Below, piece after piece: positions 1 through 14,740 of a stretch of DNA of 64,000 nucleotides. This DNA is from Octopus vulgaris (Eukaryota). Positions within the stretch are counted from its first letter, which is position 1; every line of letters begins with the position of its first letter. Location: NCBI GenBank assembly GCA_951406725.2, contig OX597827.1, positions 47,864,001-47,928,000 of the forward strand. The letters are read 5' to 3'. A program made the position numbers and the translations under genes. The notes below the pieces were generated by a model. That model was given only the letters and a program-made list of their open reading frames with translations. It did no database searches and was not told the DNA's origin.

Positions 1-254
1 CACTTTTGAGATAAGTACGTCTGTAAGACGACGTGCTGGGAGGGTCGATAACACGCCGGGTAAAATGCTTAAAGGCCTTTCGTCCGCCTTCACGTTCTGT
101 GTTCAAATTTCACCGTGGTCGACTTTGCACTTCATCCTTGTAGGGTCTGATAAAATAAGTAGCAGTTTAATACTAGGCTCTTATGGACTTACCCCCATCC
201 CATGAAATTGCTAGCCTTGTAACAAAACGCTAAACCAACATATACGACTATATA

Positions 255-450
255 TGGCGGCGTGTTGGCAGAAACATTAGGACGCCGAAAAAATTCTTGG
301 CAGCATTTCGTCCCTCTTTACGTTGCGGTTCGACTTTGCCTTTCCTCTCTTTAGAATTCAATGAAATAAGTACCAGCTGAGTACTTGGGTCGATCTAATC
401 TAATTAACCATGTTCTGAAATTGCTGTCCTCGTTCCAAAATTTGAAACTA
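255..450 (+). mobile_element. SINE family 1 (gtcgactttgcctttcatcc core); an older copy lies at ~36-230
   Basis: ggcggcgtgttggcagaaac..cgactttgcc..ataagtaccag, repeated across the window. Confidence 0.75.
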
Positions 451-1343
451 ATATGTAAGTCTGTATATACGAATATTAGGCGTATCATACGAACACACAC
501 GCACGCGCAGTAGATAGAACCCAATATAATTGTACAAAGCGTTTTAAAAAGCGTTTTAAAATCTACAGTTTCGGGCATGACCTTAATCGAAATGCCTATG
601 CTGTGCGTGTTTGATCGTGAGTATAATTTTTTTGTATCTGTGATTATCCCATCCCCATGGGCATGCACATGCGTGTATATGACTAATCACATGAACATGT
701 TGCTGTTTTCGCTTACCTTGCTGTGACATGATGGAAATATTTCTAATGAAAATATTTCCTATTCCTCTTGCCATTATAAGGCATTCAATCTCGTACATAT
801 CTTCCGCCTTCAGATTGACACCTTCTAAGCATTTCTCTCTCTTTCTCACAAATAAGATTTAGTTCCATGCATGAACAAAAGTTATTTACATGTTATATCC
901 CGTCGTTCTGCTCTATGTCAAGACTCGCTAAAATAAGCTCGAAATATTCACGTCTCTCGGTAAGCAATTTTTACGAAAACACTCGAAAACCTCTCCTGCA
1001 AGTATATGAACTCGGAAAAATTTACACGTAAATTTTATACAATCACACAAATACATATATGCAATATGCACACACACACACACACACACACAGATATGCA
1101 TATAAATATGTATATTCACATAAATATGTTCACACAGATGTGCGTATATACATATGTATATATATATACATATATATATAATATATACATACAAAATTAG
1201 ATATGTACATATATACAAGAATATATGTACATATCTAATATCGTATGTATATATTTTATTAATTTGCTTGTACGGCTAATAATTCGCTTACCACTTGTGA
1301 TAGTATTTTAATAATACCATCCCTAATATATATATATATATAT

Positions 1344-1398
<55 letters not shown>

Positions 1399-1525
1399 TA
1401 TACATACAATATTAGATATGTAGATATCTCATATTGTATGTATATATTTTATTAATTTGCCTGTACGGCTAATAATTCGCTTACCACTTGTGATGGTATT
1501 TTAATAATACTGTGTCCCTTGTGAT

Positions 1526-1582
<57 letters not shown>

Positions 1583-2214
1583 ATATATGCGTATATGTAT
1601 GCGCACACAACTACAAGTTCTGTTGGAAACTTTACAAGAATTTATATTTAACACGTATATATTGGATGGTCCCCAGGTGCATTTAAATTAATATGTGCAG
1701 TTGAATGCCTGTGATTATGAACGCTTAGAATTTGCAACTGAATTAATAAACGAAGATTTTGGCAGGCATACGTTTAGATTCAGGCAGCGCATCATACTAA
1801 TTCCACTTAGGGTCTTGTATATGAAAATTTACGCTACACGATTTTCAGAACGCACTAAATTAGTAATTATATTTAAGAGATGCACATTTCACTAAGTACT
1901 ATGTAAGAACATATTTTGTTTCCCTGCGTAGTTCATAACGTCGCAAATTAGTTAAATTGGTATATTAATCAGCGATGTCCCTGTAAATGAATTTATGAAA
2001 TTTTCTGTGGCTTTAATAATATTTGAGTAATATAGATAATAGAGGAATACAGAACGACCAAAATCGTGCCCAGATTATGTTCTCAGTAATTGATTTGTAC
2101 TTTTAGTGAAGCAAAGTTTTACTTCAGTTACAGAATCTGGAGCGTTACGTTAGTTTTAAGGCGATAAATGTAGAAATGATCAAGTGAAATGACATTTTTA
2201 TAATATAATAGTAC

Positions 2215-2520
2215 ATGTTGGCACAAGGCTGGCGATTTTCGGAGAAGCAGGTAAATCAATTACATTGACACCTATGCTCAATGGTAGGTATTTTATAAAC
2301 TCCGAAATAATGAACGGCAAAGTAAACCTCGGTGGAATTTGAAATCAGAATGTAGAAACAAACGACATGCCGCTATGCGTTAGGTCCGGCGTACGAACCA
2401 TTAGACCTTGATCATAATAAACACAATGTCTGCCCGGTGAAATTTGAACTCAGAACATAAAGACGGAGGAAATGCCGCTATGTATTTGATCCGAATTGCT
2501 AACGATTCTGCCAGCTCTCG
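2215..2520 (-). mobile_element. SINE family 1, decayed
   Basis: Reverse-complement core gaatttgaactcagaac, ctaacgattctgccagct. Confidence 0.7.
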
Positions 2521-2543
2521 GTTTTCTGATAACATTACAATAT

Positions 2544-2546
<3 letters not shown>

Positions 2547-2617
<71 letters not shown>

Positions 2618-3034
2618 CAATAATAATAATCAGACAGTGGCTCTCATGGCTCCTGAGCTTAAATGATTGGAAGTGTTATCATGTACATTGTTTTGTCTTG
2701 ATATAAAAGACGGGCTGGAGCAAATATTGTGCTCGATACCACAGATTTGCTTGTCATTTGCTTGACCTTTACCAGTTGACCATGTCCCTTAGTATCTGGC
2801 GATATGTGCATTTCTGACCACGAGCAGAAGTAGTGGTGGAGCATCATAGCCGTGTGTTGAAAGGAATTCTTAGAGGTTTGGATAATTCACCTTTAGAAAC
2901 ATGGGTAGTTCGTTCAACATCCTTAAATAACCCTTATTCAAGGACCTTTTGAGTAGGATGGGTTACTCGATCAGAAGGAAATAATAATAATAATAATAAC
3001 AATAATAATAATAATGATGATAATAATAATAATA

Positions 3035-3092
<58 letters not shown>
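2547..3092. repeat. (TAA)n microsatellites (2547-2630, 2979-3092)
   Basis: Direct observation. Confidence 0.95.
2631..2975 (-). repeat. Interspersed repeat (SINE-like) embedded in (TAA)n
   Basis: GC-richer non-coding block bounded by (TAA)n on both sides; family not assigned. Confidence 0.45.
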
Positions 3093-3093
<1 letters not shown>

Positions 3094-3094
3094 T

Positions 3095-3305
3095 CTTTTC
3101 TTTACTACCCACAAGGGGACAAACAAGGACAGACAAAGTCGATTATATCGACTCCAGTGCGTAACTGGCATTTATTTAATCGACCCCGAAAGGAAGAAAG
3201 GCAAAGTCGACCTAAGAGGAATTTGAACTCAGAACGTAGCGGCATACGAAATACCGCTGAGCAGTTCGTCCGGCGCGCTAACGATTCTGCAAGATCACTG
3301 CCTTA
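3095..3305 (-). mobile_element. SINE family 1
   Basis: ggcaaagtcgacc..gaatttgaactcagaacgt. Confidence 0.8.
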
Positions 3306-4392
3306 CTGTGCGAGTAGTGTAACAGAAAAGACGGATAGTAGCTGTGTGAGCGTTGTTCATTGCGTGTGCGTGTGTGTCTGTACGTTACTATGATATTGAA
3401 TCATATCTACTTTGTAAAATCCACCGGAGATACTATCAATAGTAACAAACGCTTCTGATCTGATACGCTGATATTATGCAACGAAGAAGATTACTCAGAA
3501 AGGAAGAAAGTAAGTTTTATAGCAATCTAGTGACAAGATAAAGAGAGAATAATCACAATGGATTACATTTACTTTGAGAAATGAAAGAATACATCATGAA
3601 ACTCTGATTAAATGTTTAATATAAAATTGTTATATAATAGATGTATAAATTAAGTTATTGGAATGATAGGACACAGAAAGAAAAATCAATAAATTTAACA
3701 GGATTGTAAAGAATAAAACACAGCAGAAAGATATGATTCCTATTCATTTTATTATTTTCAATCGTTTTATGGCCTCGGCTGCGGCCATTACTTGCAGTTC
3801 CATTCAACTGCGAACGCAACCTAGTTATTTGGAAAATAGTTTATACATTTGTAAAACCCCGACATATTTATCTGTATGTATGCACGCACACACACACACA
3901 CAGAGTCAAATGCACACACACATATGTACACAAACGCACACACGTACACACACATATACATATATATGCATACATATATACTTGCAGACGTACATATAGT
4001 AAATGTAATCACGTTATCAGCTAGACTATTTATTGGATGTTGTTATACATGACTGGTCGCAATCTGCTTCGCATCGTTTTAGGTTTAGAATTATTCCACG
4101 CCGCCGCTCCTCTCGAAGACTTGTTCGCGCAGTGCTTGCTATTTAAAGCTGAATGAAGTGGTACAACGTGAAATTAAATGTTTTGCTCAAGAACACAATG
4201 CACTTCCCGGTCGAGGAACTAAATCTACAATCTAGCGATCGTGAGTGAACCATCCTGAGCATTAGGTCATGCGCCCTCACTATACAAGTACAAACACACG
4301 TATATATATTTGTGTGTGCGTGTTCGTGTGTGTGTGCGTCTGTGTGTGTTGTGTGTGTGTATCTGTGTGTATGATTGTATGTATGTATATAT

Positions 4393-4700
4393 GGAGGCGT
4401 AATGGCCCAGTGGTTAGGGCAGCGGACTCGCGGTCGTAGGATCGCGGTTTCGATTCCCAGACCGGGCGTTGTGAGTGTTTATTGAGTCAAAACATCTACA
4501 GCTGCACGAGGCTCCGGCAGGGGTAGTAGCGATCCCTGCTGTACTCATTCGCCACAACATTCTCTCACCCTTTCTTCTGTTGGCCTGCTCGCTTAGCCAG
4601 CGTGGTGGCGTTATTTGAAGGCTAAAACAATGCGATGCGCATTGTGACCAGCGATGTGCCGCAACATCTGATAGCCTGGTCTGTTATGGCGGTTACGGTG
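4393..4700 (+). mobile_element. SINE family 2 (tRNA-derived head)
   Basis: ggaggcgtaatggcccagtggttagggcagcggactcgcggtc..ggtttcgattccc with A/B-box-like motifs. Confidence 0.85.
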
Positions 4701-4932
4701 GATGTATATATGAGCTGTATTGGTATCCCGAAGACCGAAGATGGCAGGCAAAGCTATGTAAGTGCTACGGGTGAGCCGTAGTTAGACTCTCGGTTCAAAA
4801 GTAATACGAGTGCAGCGTCTGCTTCAAGTCTCGTGTGAGCATGTACGTTAAATAAAATGAGACAACAAAGTTAAGGCAGTCTGGAATTTATAAGGTATTT
4901 ATAAAGAGGGAGGCAGTCTTACAGCTGTTTCT

Positions 4933-4980
<48 letters not shown>

Positions 4981-4985
<5 letters not shown>

Positions 4986-6990
4986 AAATTATAATAATTT
5001 CGCATTTTCTTAAGATTTTAGTGCATGTTGTGTATAGGGGTTTGTGAATAAAATGAATAAACATGTAGACAAATCCAAGGGGAGGTAACTGATGATTGTT
5101 ATTATTCGGGACAGGTGGTAACTGCTCATTTTGGGGGCAGGGTGTAAATAAATATACAAAAGCTCAAAGGCTAAAATAGAAGGCTTAAATATTCACCGTG
5201 ATATGTATGTGAACATGAATTAAAATGGTCATGCGTTCATATTTAGGCGTGTTCTGTATTTTTCGATAAATAAATTTTCCTTATTTAAACATCCATTTGC
5301 ATAAAGTTTTCTTTGCGCTGGTAGATAAGTAAAACTGTGAAGTCTGTGTGACATTATCTGCACATCTCTCTATGTGTTCACTCAAAGAGAGCTTCTGAAA
5401 CGCATAAACCAGGTTTTTATTATTGAAACATAAAACTTTATACTTGAGAATAATGATTTCCTATTTGACGACACCTACTATCCTCAAAAATGCGGAATTA
5501 CGATGGGAACGTAAGCAGCCCTCGTGCTTGCGAACTTGATAAGGGAATTCACGATATATGAAGTGTCAATGCAAAAATATGGACATCCGTTTCACCATTG
5601 TATAAGAGGGAACTGGAAAATATACTCGAATGACTGCTTTATCATTTGGACGGACACCATTGATGAATTTTTGGAATTCAAATCAATACTAAATAATATA
5701 AAACCTAACATTCAGTTTAGAATAGAATATAGCAAAGAACAGTCCTCTTTCTTAGATATTATGGTAAAAAAATTTTTACAACCAAATTGTAATTGACATT
5801 CATCATAAGCCAACGGACTCGAATCAATATCTTCTATTTAGCGCATGCCACCTGAAACATACCAAATGGAATATCCCCTTTAATTGAGCAAAAAGGATTT
5901 GTACAATAGTGTCTGGTGGAAAACCTCGGAACGTCTGTCACCACGACATCAAAATAACACTAACTGAAAGACAATACCCACCCTCACTTATAGACGATGA
6001 AATTAAACGTGCTAACACACTATGCATAAAAACACTAAGGGAGACACCTCAAAACAATACCATATATATCACAACCATATATATCAACGCACAACCCTGA
6101 CATACAACACTGTTGCACAAAATCTACCCATGCTCACTAGTGATCCGAAAATGAACAACATTCTGAAAAGACATAAATTCATCAAATGCGAAAAGCAACA
6201 CAGATCTGATAAAGGCGAACCATTACATTACAACCAGGAAACCAATGGTTAAAAAATATGGACGTCCAAACTGTAGAACATGTCACGAACCACAGGAAGG
6301 CTCGAAAGGAGAGAGCTTCACAATTGAAACCAACTTCACTTGTGCCTTCGAAAATCTAATTTATGTTATAACTTGTTCAGGTTGTAGACATAACAATATA
6401 GGACAGACAAAAATGGTACATAGACGGACAACTACAGTACAGAAGGAACGGATCTGTTTACCACCGTATAGACAGATTCCTTTTATTGACCAGAGAGATG
6501 TGCAAGTAACATCCAAACACACTTCACAGTTTTCCCCATCTACCAATTTCTGTAAAAGAACGTCTAAATAAAGAAAATTTATTTATCGAAAACTACAGAA
6601 CACGCCAATATATAAACGCATAACCAACTTTGATCTCAGTATATATTTGAACTCATGTTCACATATACATCATTGTAAATATTTATCTCACTATTTTAGC
6701 CTTTGAGCTTTTGTATATTTATTTACCCCAACCCTAAAATTGAGTAATTGCCTCCCCCGACTCGAATAATAATGATCACCAATTATCTTCCCTCAGATTT
6801 TTCTACTTATTGAATCATTTCATTCTCAATCCCCTATACACAGCGTGGACTAAAATCTTAACAAAATACGAAATTACAATAATTTCAATGTCTTGATTAG
6901 CGAAAGCGAAACCGGTCGACAAACACAATATATCATATATTAAAAATATATTAAAACTATGTAAACTGTGTACATTTTCTTTCTTATATT
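4981..6990 (+). mobile_element. Penelope-like element (decayed RT + GIY-YIG) with inverted 5' pseudo-LTR
   Basis: RT C-terminal motifs (GITMGT, SNDCFIIW, SFLDI, HKPT) at 5420-6100; GIY-YIG region NLIYVITCSGCRHNNIGQT at 6245-6571. 4981-5400 is an inverted copy of ~6470-6890. Confidence 0.85.
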
Positions 6991-7039
6991 ACCCATATCA
7001 ACATATACACAAACAAAAACGCAAGCCAATCTTCATGAA

Positions 7040-9065
7040 AATGGCAGAGCTGAACAAATTAAAGGATGATAAAACAATAACAATGAAAGTGGCCGATAAA
7101 TGGAGTGCAGTTGTCTGAATGGACACGGTGTATTATATAGCTCTAGTACTATCCATATTAGAAGAAACAACATACTATGAAAATGTCCAACACTACAGTC
7201 AGCAGAAAATATTGAAAAACTTACAACCTATACGGAGACAGCCACAGACATAATAATCAAGATACCTACTCCTAATGACCTCCTATTCAGATATATAATA
7301 ACAGGTCCCGCATGCAACACCCACAACCGCCTCAGAAACTTTCTAGATACCATCTGAAAACCATTCCTTTAGCATATCAAAAGCTTAGATATTATCATTC
7401 ACCTGAAACAATAAATAAAAACATTCTACTAGTATCCTTCGATCTAGTCAACCTCTATTATATTATCCACTACAGCCTAGGAATAGAGGCAATCCAATTC
7501 TGGCCAGAGAATTACTCCAACGAACTTCCACACCGCATCAAAGCAGAATTCGTAATAGGTGTGCTAAAATTTATCTGGGAGAATAACTTCTTCGCCTTCA
7601 AAGACAACTTCTATCGATAAAATTCAAGTGGCACTAACGCGGACGAGAATGGCCCCTCCATTGCTAACCTAATCTTGGGATAATTAGAAATCAGCCTTTA
7701 TCATAAGGTAATAGAAAAATGCGACAACGCATTCTCGCTCTACATAGAAAAAAACTGCTAGAGGTATCTCGATGTCTGCTTCATTCTTTGGTATGAAAGT
7801 ATAGATAGAATTAAAGAATTTAAAGCACCTCTAAATGGACTTGACATAAACATTCAATTTACGTTGGAATATAACCATCAACTTCCATTCCTCCATATTC
7901 TCATTAAGAAATCAAACAACAAATTAGAAACAGACATACACTATACGCCCACGAACTCCAAGCTATATCTACCGTTAAATTCATGCCACCCCAGATACAC
8001 TAGAATGAATATCCGCTTCAACCCGGCAAAATTAATTTTACTAGAGTTTCTAATACAAGCACCAAGGACACACGACTATATAAACTTAAGGATACATTCA
8101 TCAACAGCAAATACCTATCATCATAAATTCATATAGGCTATCAACGTTTCTTATAACTCAATATCCACGAACTCAGACATTCCAAACCAAAGAGGGATTT
8201 ACAGCCAAAAGCCCTACAATACATCTCCATACACGAACAATGAAGCGTTCGATACCATCCTCCAGAACATTCCTATACTAGAAATGAATCTAGTCCTCCA
8301 AACGCACACCATCATAAAGGGCAAAAAACAACCCAAGTCAATGAAAAGTCTCCTAACACAAGCCAAAGTACACTCGCCAACAACATTGAAGCCTTCAGTA
8401 AAAAACACAGAAGACTTAACTGTGGTATGTACGTCATCCTAATTGAGGGATCGGAGTTCTCCTTGAAACAGGGTCAAAGTTTTACAGACAGAAACAACTT
8501 CACATGTCCTTCGGAAACCATAATGTATGTATTAACTTACTCAGGGCTTTGAGAGCAATACATAGGCGAAACCAAAAACAGACTACGACAAAATTCGGGA
8601 ATACAGACAAAAGAAAACGAATTTAGTGAACACATCGACATTTTCACCACTACCGAACAACCCAACTTCAGATTTTCTCCTCTATAAATTCTGGGACGAT
8701 GCAACCTATAATCAGCGCATTAGCAAAGAGTCATATTTTATCGCAAAATATAAACCCTTTTTGAATATATCCACCTCAAATGACACTACTACAAGGGCCT
8801 TAGGATAATACCCAGGCAAATATTTAAAATATAGTCACAACGCATGAATTTATTCAGAACAATTCCATTCACTTTTACTATAAGCACAACAGATCATTTA
8901 ACCAATTAAGAAAACTTTACTAATAGCCTACTACTATCATACCATTCCCGTATTTTCCTTATACTTTCTCTTCTTTTCCTACTACCAACTCGTCCTCTTC
9001 ATCTTCTTCTTCTTCTTCTTCTTCTTCTTCTTCTTCTTCTTCTTCTTCTTCTTCTTCTTCTTCTT

Positions 9066-9098
<33 letters not shown>

Positions 9099-9443
9099 CT
9101 TCTTCTTCTTCTTCTTCTTTTTCTTCTTCCTTGCTTAAACAATCTAAATGCAGAACCCACATCCCTCATAAAAAGTATTTCTTGAGATCTGCTATTACCT
9201 GCCTACAAAAGTAAGAGAGAGAGAGAGGTAGAGAGAGAGACAGACAGACAGAGTAGAGGAAAATCTCCCACGTATTTGAAAACTATGGAAATATTTTTTT
9301 AAAAAATTTATTTCATTTTTCCACAATTTAATTGTTTTTCATGCATCACTCTAAGTTGAAAAAGTCGCCAAGACTGAAACCGCTACTAAAATGTTCTTCA
9401 TGATAAAACTATTTTAGCATTTTCTCCCCTGTTCTATTTTCCT

Positions 9444-9445
<2 letters not shown>
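7040..9445 (+). mobile_element. Second Penelope-like element (decayed RT + GIY-YIG, 3' pseudo-LTR)
   Basis: VADK..AVV, LVSFDLVNLY, NNFFAFKDNFY, RYLDVCF, LPFLHILI..TDIHYTPT; MYVLT..QYIGET at ~8524-8572; followed by a (CTT)n-containing pseudo-LTR. Confidence 0.85.
8995..9130. repeat. (CTT)n microsatellite
   Basis: Direct observation. Confidence 0.95.
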
Positions 9446-9617
<172 letters not shown>

Positions 9618-10070
9618 TTTGTATTTGCAAAATATCTCGTAACAATTTAGCGCTCCTAACTAGAAACTTCAGTGTGCATCTCAAAATCCGTACATACAAA
9701 CATTAAGCCCTGATCTTTTATGGTTCGAATATATATATTTCCAAATATGCGTGTAAGCTTATATTTTAATGTCCTAAATAGATTTAAGAAACAGATATTT
9801 ACAAATATCAAACTGAAGCGTAGATAATGTTTTTGGTCCATTTCATTCGGGTTTTTGAAATATTGTTTTACACTTGAAGTAATGTTTTCTTATCAAATAA
9901 GATTGGTTTCCATTCTCTTCCTTCCTCTCCATTTTCTGTGATTGCGCACGTGTGCCTATGTATATGTTATGTGTGTATATATATAAATAGATATGTGTGT
10001 GAGTCTATGTATGTGTATATTTATAGGTGTGAGTATTGGTCTTTTATGTGAAGATATTTGTTTAAATGTG

Positions 10071-10215
10071 CATATATATACATACATATAATATATGCAC
10101 AGAAACACACAGACTCAAAAATATATACATACATATATACATGCATATATTTACATACAAATATATATATATACAGTCATATATATACATATATGTATAT
10201 ATATATATATATATC

Positions 10216-10294
<79 letters not shown>

Positions 10295-10326
10295 CTACAT
10301 ATATATATATATACATATATATATAA

Positions 10327-10357
<31 letters not shown>

Positions 10358-10499
10358 CAGACATATATATACATATATATGCATACATATATATACATAC
10401 GTACATATATATATATATATATACATATATGTATACATACATATATATACAAATATATATACATATATACATACATATATATCCATATAGGTATATATG

Positions 10500-10547
<48 letters not shown>

Positions 10548-10650
10548 CATATATATATATACATATATATATGTACATACATATATATAATTCCTTAAAT
10601 CCTTAAAAATGTATTAGCCCGAAGGCCGCGGCCATGCTGGGGCACCACCG

Positions 10651-10708
<58 letters not shown>

Positions 10709-10709
10709 T
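10071..10709. repeat. Degenerate (TA)/(TACA) microsatellite field
   Basis: Direct observation; source of spurious YI-rich ORFs. Confidence 0.95.
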
Positions 10710-10712
10710 GAA

Positions 10713-11107
10713 CTAGCAGTATCGCCCGACGTTGCTCGGGTTGTAAGGGAAATAAATATATAAGCATTTTTAGAGAGTTATAGCCAAAAAATAACAAAAA
10801 AATGCATTAAAAATTGAAAAAAAATGAAGGCAAATTTTCTTTTAAATCGTTGACACATCGTAGATATTTTTAGAGAGTTACTTCCCTTATATAATAGCGA
10901 AAAAATGCATAAAAATGGAAAAATACGATGGTAATTTTTTTTTAAATCGTAGACACATCGTAGACGCACGCTAATACCCAGAAGGGCCTCGATATGAATG
11001 ACGACTAAAAGATACCCGCTTTTGGTTAAACTGCACCGCAAAATGTGGGAGTAGTTAGGAATCTAAATCGTAGGAGACAGACACACAACTTCACTCTTAT
11101 ATAAAGA
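10713..11107 (-). mobile_element. Non-autonomous Helitron
   Basis: Minus strand reads A|TCTTTATATAAG ... hairpin cccgagcaacgtcggg ... CTAG|T; no TSD. Confidence 0.8.
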
Positions 11108-12339
11108 TGCTTTTTTTTTTTTCAGTCATAGAGATAGATTTATGAAGGTCTTCAGTAGAAAATCCTTCGAATTCTGACTCGCTGCTTGATATAATGAAAT
11201 TCGTATCCATTTTTTGTCAGAATTACAAATTTTGAAAACACAATAGGAACAAATTTCGGAAAAAAATCTCCCATAATTCACGGAATTAAAATTACACTTC
11301 GATTTTTGTACAAAACTGTAGTTGAAGTGTTTACGAAGTATAATACGTGTTTTCACGAATGTACTAAAGAGATTTGCTCTGATATTCTCATTTAAATATG
11401 AATAGGTAAATTCGGGCGGCTTGGTAACTATATATAAGTGTCGTCTGTTTATACATAAACACTGTTTCATACTGCAATTATATATACATATATCTATATA
11501 TAATATTATATAATAAAATATATACAGAGTAAAATAAAAACAAATTTACCTTTTCTGTCCGTCCGTGTGTCTTTGCAAATGTGTTGGAATGATAAGTGAG
11601 TTGAGTTTTGGCGCCTTTTTTACTAATAACAAACACACACGTGTTTGTATGTAGTTGTATGTGTATGTAGTTGTATGTAGTTGTATATGTATGTGTATGC
11701 GTGTGTGTGAGGAATGAGACACACACACTCACGCACGCACACATGTACATCAATGTTTTCGGAGTGATATGTTAAAATATTGAGTTTTCTCGAATTTTGT
11801 CTTAATTGGTGGTAAAATTGAAAGAAATTTTTTATGGCATCACCCACTGAAGTACTCTGAAAAATCTTATGTAAACTCTAATTGAAGAAATTGTGTGAGG
11901 ATTAAATCGTTATGTATTTATTTGTTTCTGTTTGCTGTGTTTCTTTATTTTTTGAGTAGTGGTTTAAATACTTTCAGTTTAGTCTTGCTCAAATCACTCT
12001 GTCGCTATTTACTTTCATTTTATTCGTTGCCCACTGTGTGTGTGCGTTTGCGTGTGGTGTAAACCAGACTAAGAAAAGCATTTGACACACACACCAGAAT
12101 GTGAGTTTTCTGTAAATTTTGCTTAATTGGAGTTTAAATTTTAAAAACTGGACCTGGCATGACGCGATGCGTTGTACTCTTAAAAATGCTAGGTAAATTG
12201 TAATTGAAGAAATCCTATATTGTAGATTTGTATAACTCCCAAAGGGAGGCAGATAAAATCTGCCTTTTATAATAAGTGATAGTGCTGTCCACTGTGGTCT
12301 CCCTACACAAAACAAAATATTATGAGAATTGAAGCTCCC

Positions 12340-12781
12340 CAAAGGTCAATCACAAAAAAATAGATGGCATGTCAGACCTTGACTACTGGGGTAGACTAGA
12401 GAAGCTGAAATTGTATTCACTCCAACGACGCCGTGAACGCTACATTATCTGTATGATGTGGAAAATATTCCATCAGCACTGTCCGAATGATGTTGGCATC
12501 ACCTTCAAAATGCATCCAAGGCTTGGACCACGTGCCATCCGTCCGCAACAAAAATCTAAATCGCATCACATAACGACAATACGGCACAACTATTTCACCT
12601 ATTTCACCTATTTCACGGACAAACCACCCACACCCGGATATGTCTCCGCAAACAATAACTCTCTGCTCGAATGGGCCTTGGTGCCCAAATCCTGAACTGA
12701 AAGACTTCGCCAGGTGGTGCTATTAAGTTAGACATGGCCTGGGCCAATACTGGCCAAAAACCTTTCTAAGTTATTCTAAGT

Positions 12782-12785
<4 letters not shown>
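12340..12785 (+). mobile_element. 5'-truncated CR1/L2-group LINE 3' end
   Basis: LDYWGRLEKLKLYSLQRRRERY..DKPPTPGY..NNSL; short tandem tail ttctaagtta. Confidence 0.8.
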
Positions 12786-12854
<69 letters not shown>

Positions 12855-12859
12855 CATGC

Positions 12860-12916
<57 letters not shown>

Positions 12917-12949
12917 CATGCATATACATATATATATATATATATATAC

Positions 12950-13335
12950 GAGAGGACAAACAAAGGCAAGCAAACGGATTCAGTCGATTATATCGACCCC
13001 AGTGCGTAACTGGTACTCATTTAATCGACCCCAAAATGATGAAAGGTAAAGTCGACCTCGGCGGAATTGGAACTCAGAACGTAGCGGCAGACGAAATACA
13101 TATTTCTTTACTACTCACAAGGAGCTAAACACAGAGGGGACAAACAAGGACAGACAAATGGATTAAATCCATTACGTCGACCCCAGTGCGTAACTGGTAC
13201 TTACTTAATCGACCCTGAAAGGATGAAAGGCAAAGCCGACCTCGTCGGAATTTGAACTCACAATTTAACGGCAGACGAAATACGGCTACGCATTTCGCTC
13301 GGCGTGCTAACGGTTCTGCCAGCTCACTGCCTTCC
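12950..13335 (-). mobile_element. SINE family 1, two tandem internal units
   Basis: Duplicated ~180-bp unit gaggacaaacaa..gcagacgaaatac. Confidence 0.85.
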
Positions 13336-13576
13336 ATAAAATTCTAATTACCACCCCAATCAAAGCCATATAGCCACAGATGATTTTAACTCAATAGTGA
13401 CAATATAAATATAACATAAATTCTAAAGCATCGCATTCCGACGATAGCTTATTTAGCCGAAATTCGAAGTCACTGTTAACAACATTCCTGTAAAAGACTA
13501 ATGAATTTGTACTGTACAAAAGTATAGAGTAACCAATCAGCTTAATCTAAAATTGTTGATGACATAACTTAATATG

Positions 13577-13661
13577 AACACAACACCCGGTCTGGGTATC
13601 GAAGCCGCGATCCTCCGACCGCGAATCCGCTGCCCTAACCACTGAGCCATTGCGCATCCAC
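13577..13661 (-). mobile_element. SINE family 2 head
   Basis: Reverse complement of the tRNA-like head. Confidence 0.75.
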
Positions 13662-13762
<101 letters not shown>

Positions 13763-14528
13763 GGTGTGTACATACAAACATTAATGCTTGTTTGTATGCG
13801 TATTCATACATAAAAGACGTATTCGATATAGCCAAAGGAGATCAACAGACATTATTTTATTTTAGAAATATAATTTTGCTATTAAAACCACTTGAACTGT
13901 TTGTGTTTTCCTTCTTTTTCCAATTATCATCAAGTATTTAAGTAGTTGACTTAGTAACTTCAAAAATTGTTTGATGCTTTGTTAATTCAATCAACCAGAT
14001 AATTTGTCGTGGTTTGTAATTTATTTCGCTTCACCTGATCATGTCACTGTCCAGCGTTATCTACTCCACATCAGTAAACTTCTGTTTTTTTATAGAAATG
14101 GTACAGACAGAAAGACCCCAATGATAAATTTGCAAACCGCTATTGGATTGCTCAATTTATAGATCGAACAAGTGATTAGCTAATTAATCAATTAGTCAAC
14201 AATACCAGAGAGAATAATTAAAAGGAACAAACTGTAACACGTGTATCTGGTTTGATTGGCAACATCCAATATGCAAGCGTATCAATAATATGATACAATG
14301 AATGATCTGCAGGAGAACATGTGATATTTAACATGTCACAAAAATGAAAGCAAATTGATAAATTTGTCTTATTTATTTCAGTAGCATATATTTGAGAAAC
14401 TTACGTGACAGGGTGGAGCTTATCCCAGCATTTATACGAGTCTAAGAATGCCGGATCCCACCTTCCACAGAAAGCCAGTGCATCGCAGACACAATCTCCA
14501 CCTGCTAGTGGTATTAGTCACTTGGTTG

Positions 14529-14740
14529 AAGGCGGTGAGCTAGCAGGATTGTAAGTGTGTCGGACGAAATGTTTCACAGTATTTCGCCTGTCACTATATT
14601 CCGAGTTCAAATTCCGCCAAGGTCGACTTTACCTTTCATCATTTCGGGATCGATAAAATAAGTACCAGCTAGCTGGGATCGATATAATCGATTCATCCCC
14701 CACCACCAAAACATTGCTGCCCTTGTAGCAAAATTTGAAG
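14529..14740 (+). mobile_element. SINE family 1
   Basis: aaggcggtgagctagcagg..gagttcaaattccgccaaggtcgacttt. Confidence 0.8.

Noticed and set aside
717-849. MAM-domain exon
   Set aside because: The L-x5-Y-x-I pattern and similarity to exons of copies A and G indicate FN3.
4393-4465. tRNA genes at SINE heads
   Set aside because: They are tRNA-derived heads continuous with SINE bodies; no complete cloverleaf is supported.
10058-10606. Long YI/IY-, HT-, CV- and poly-I-rich ORFs here and throughout the window
   Set aside because: They are translations of (TA)n, (CA)n, (TAA)n and (TATC)n microsatellites, not genes.
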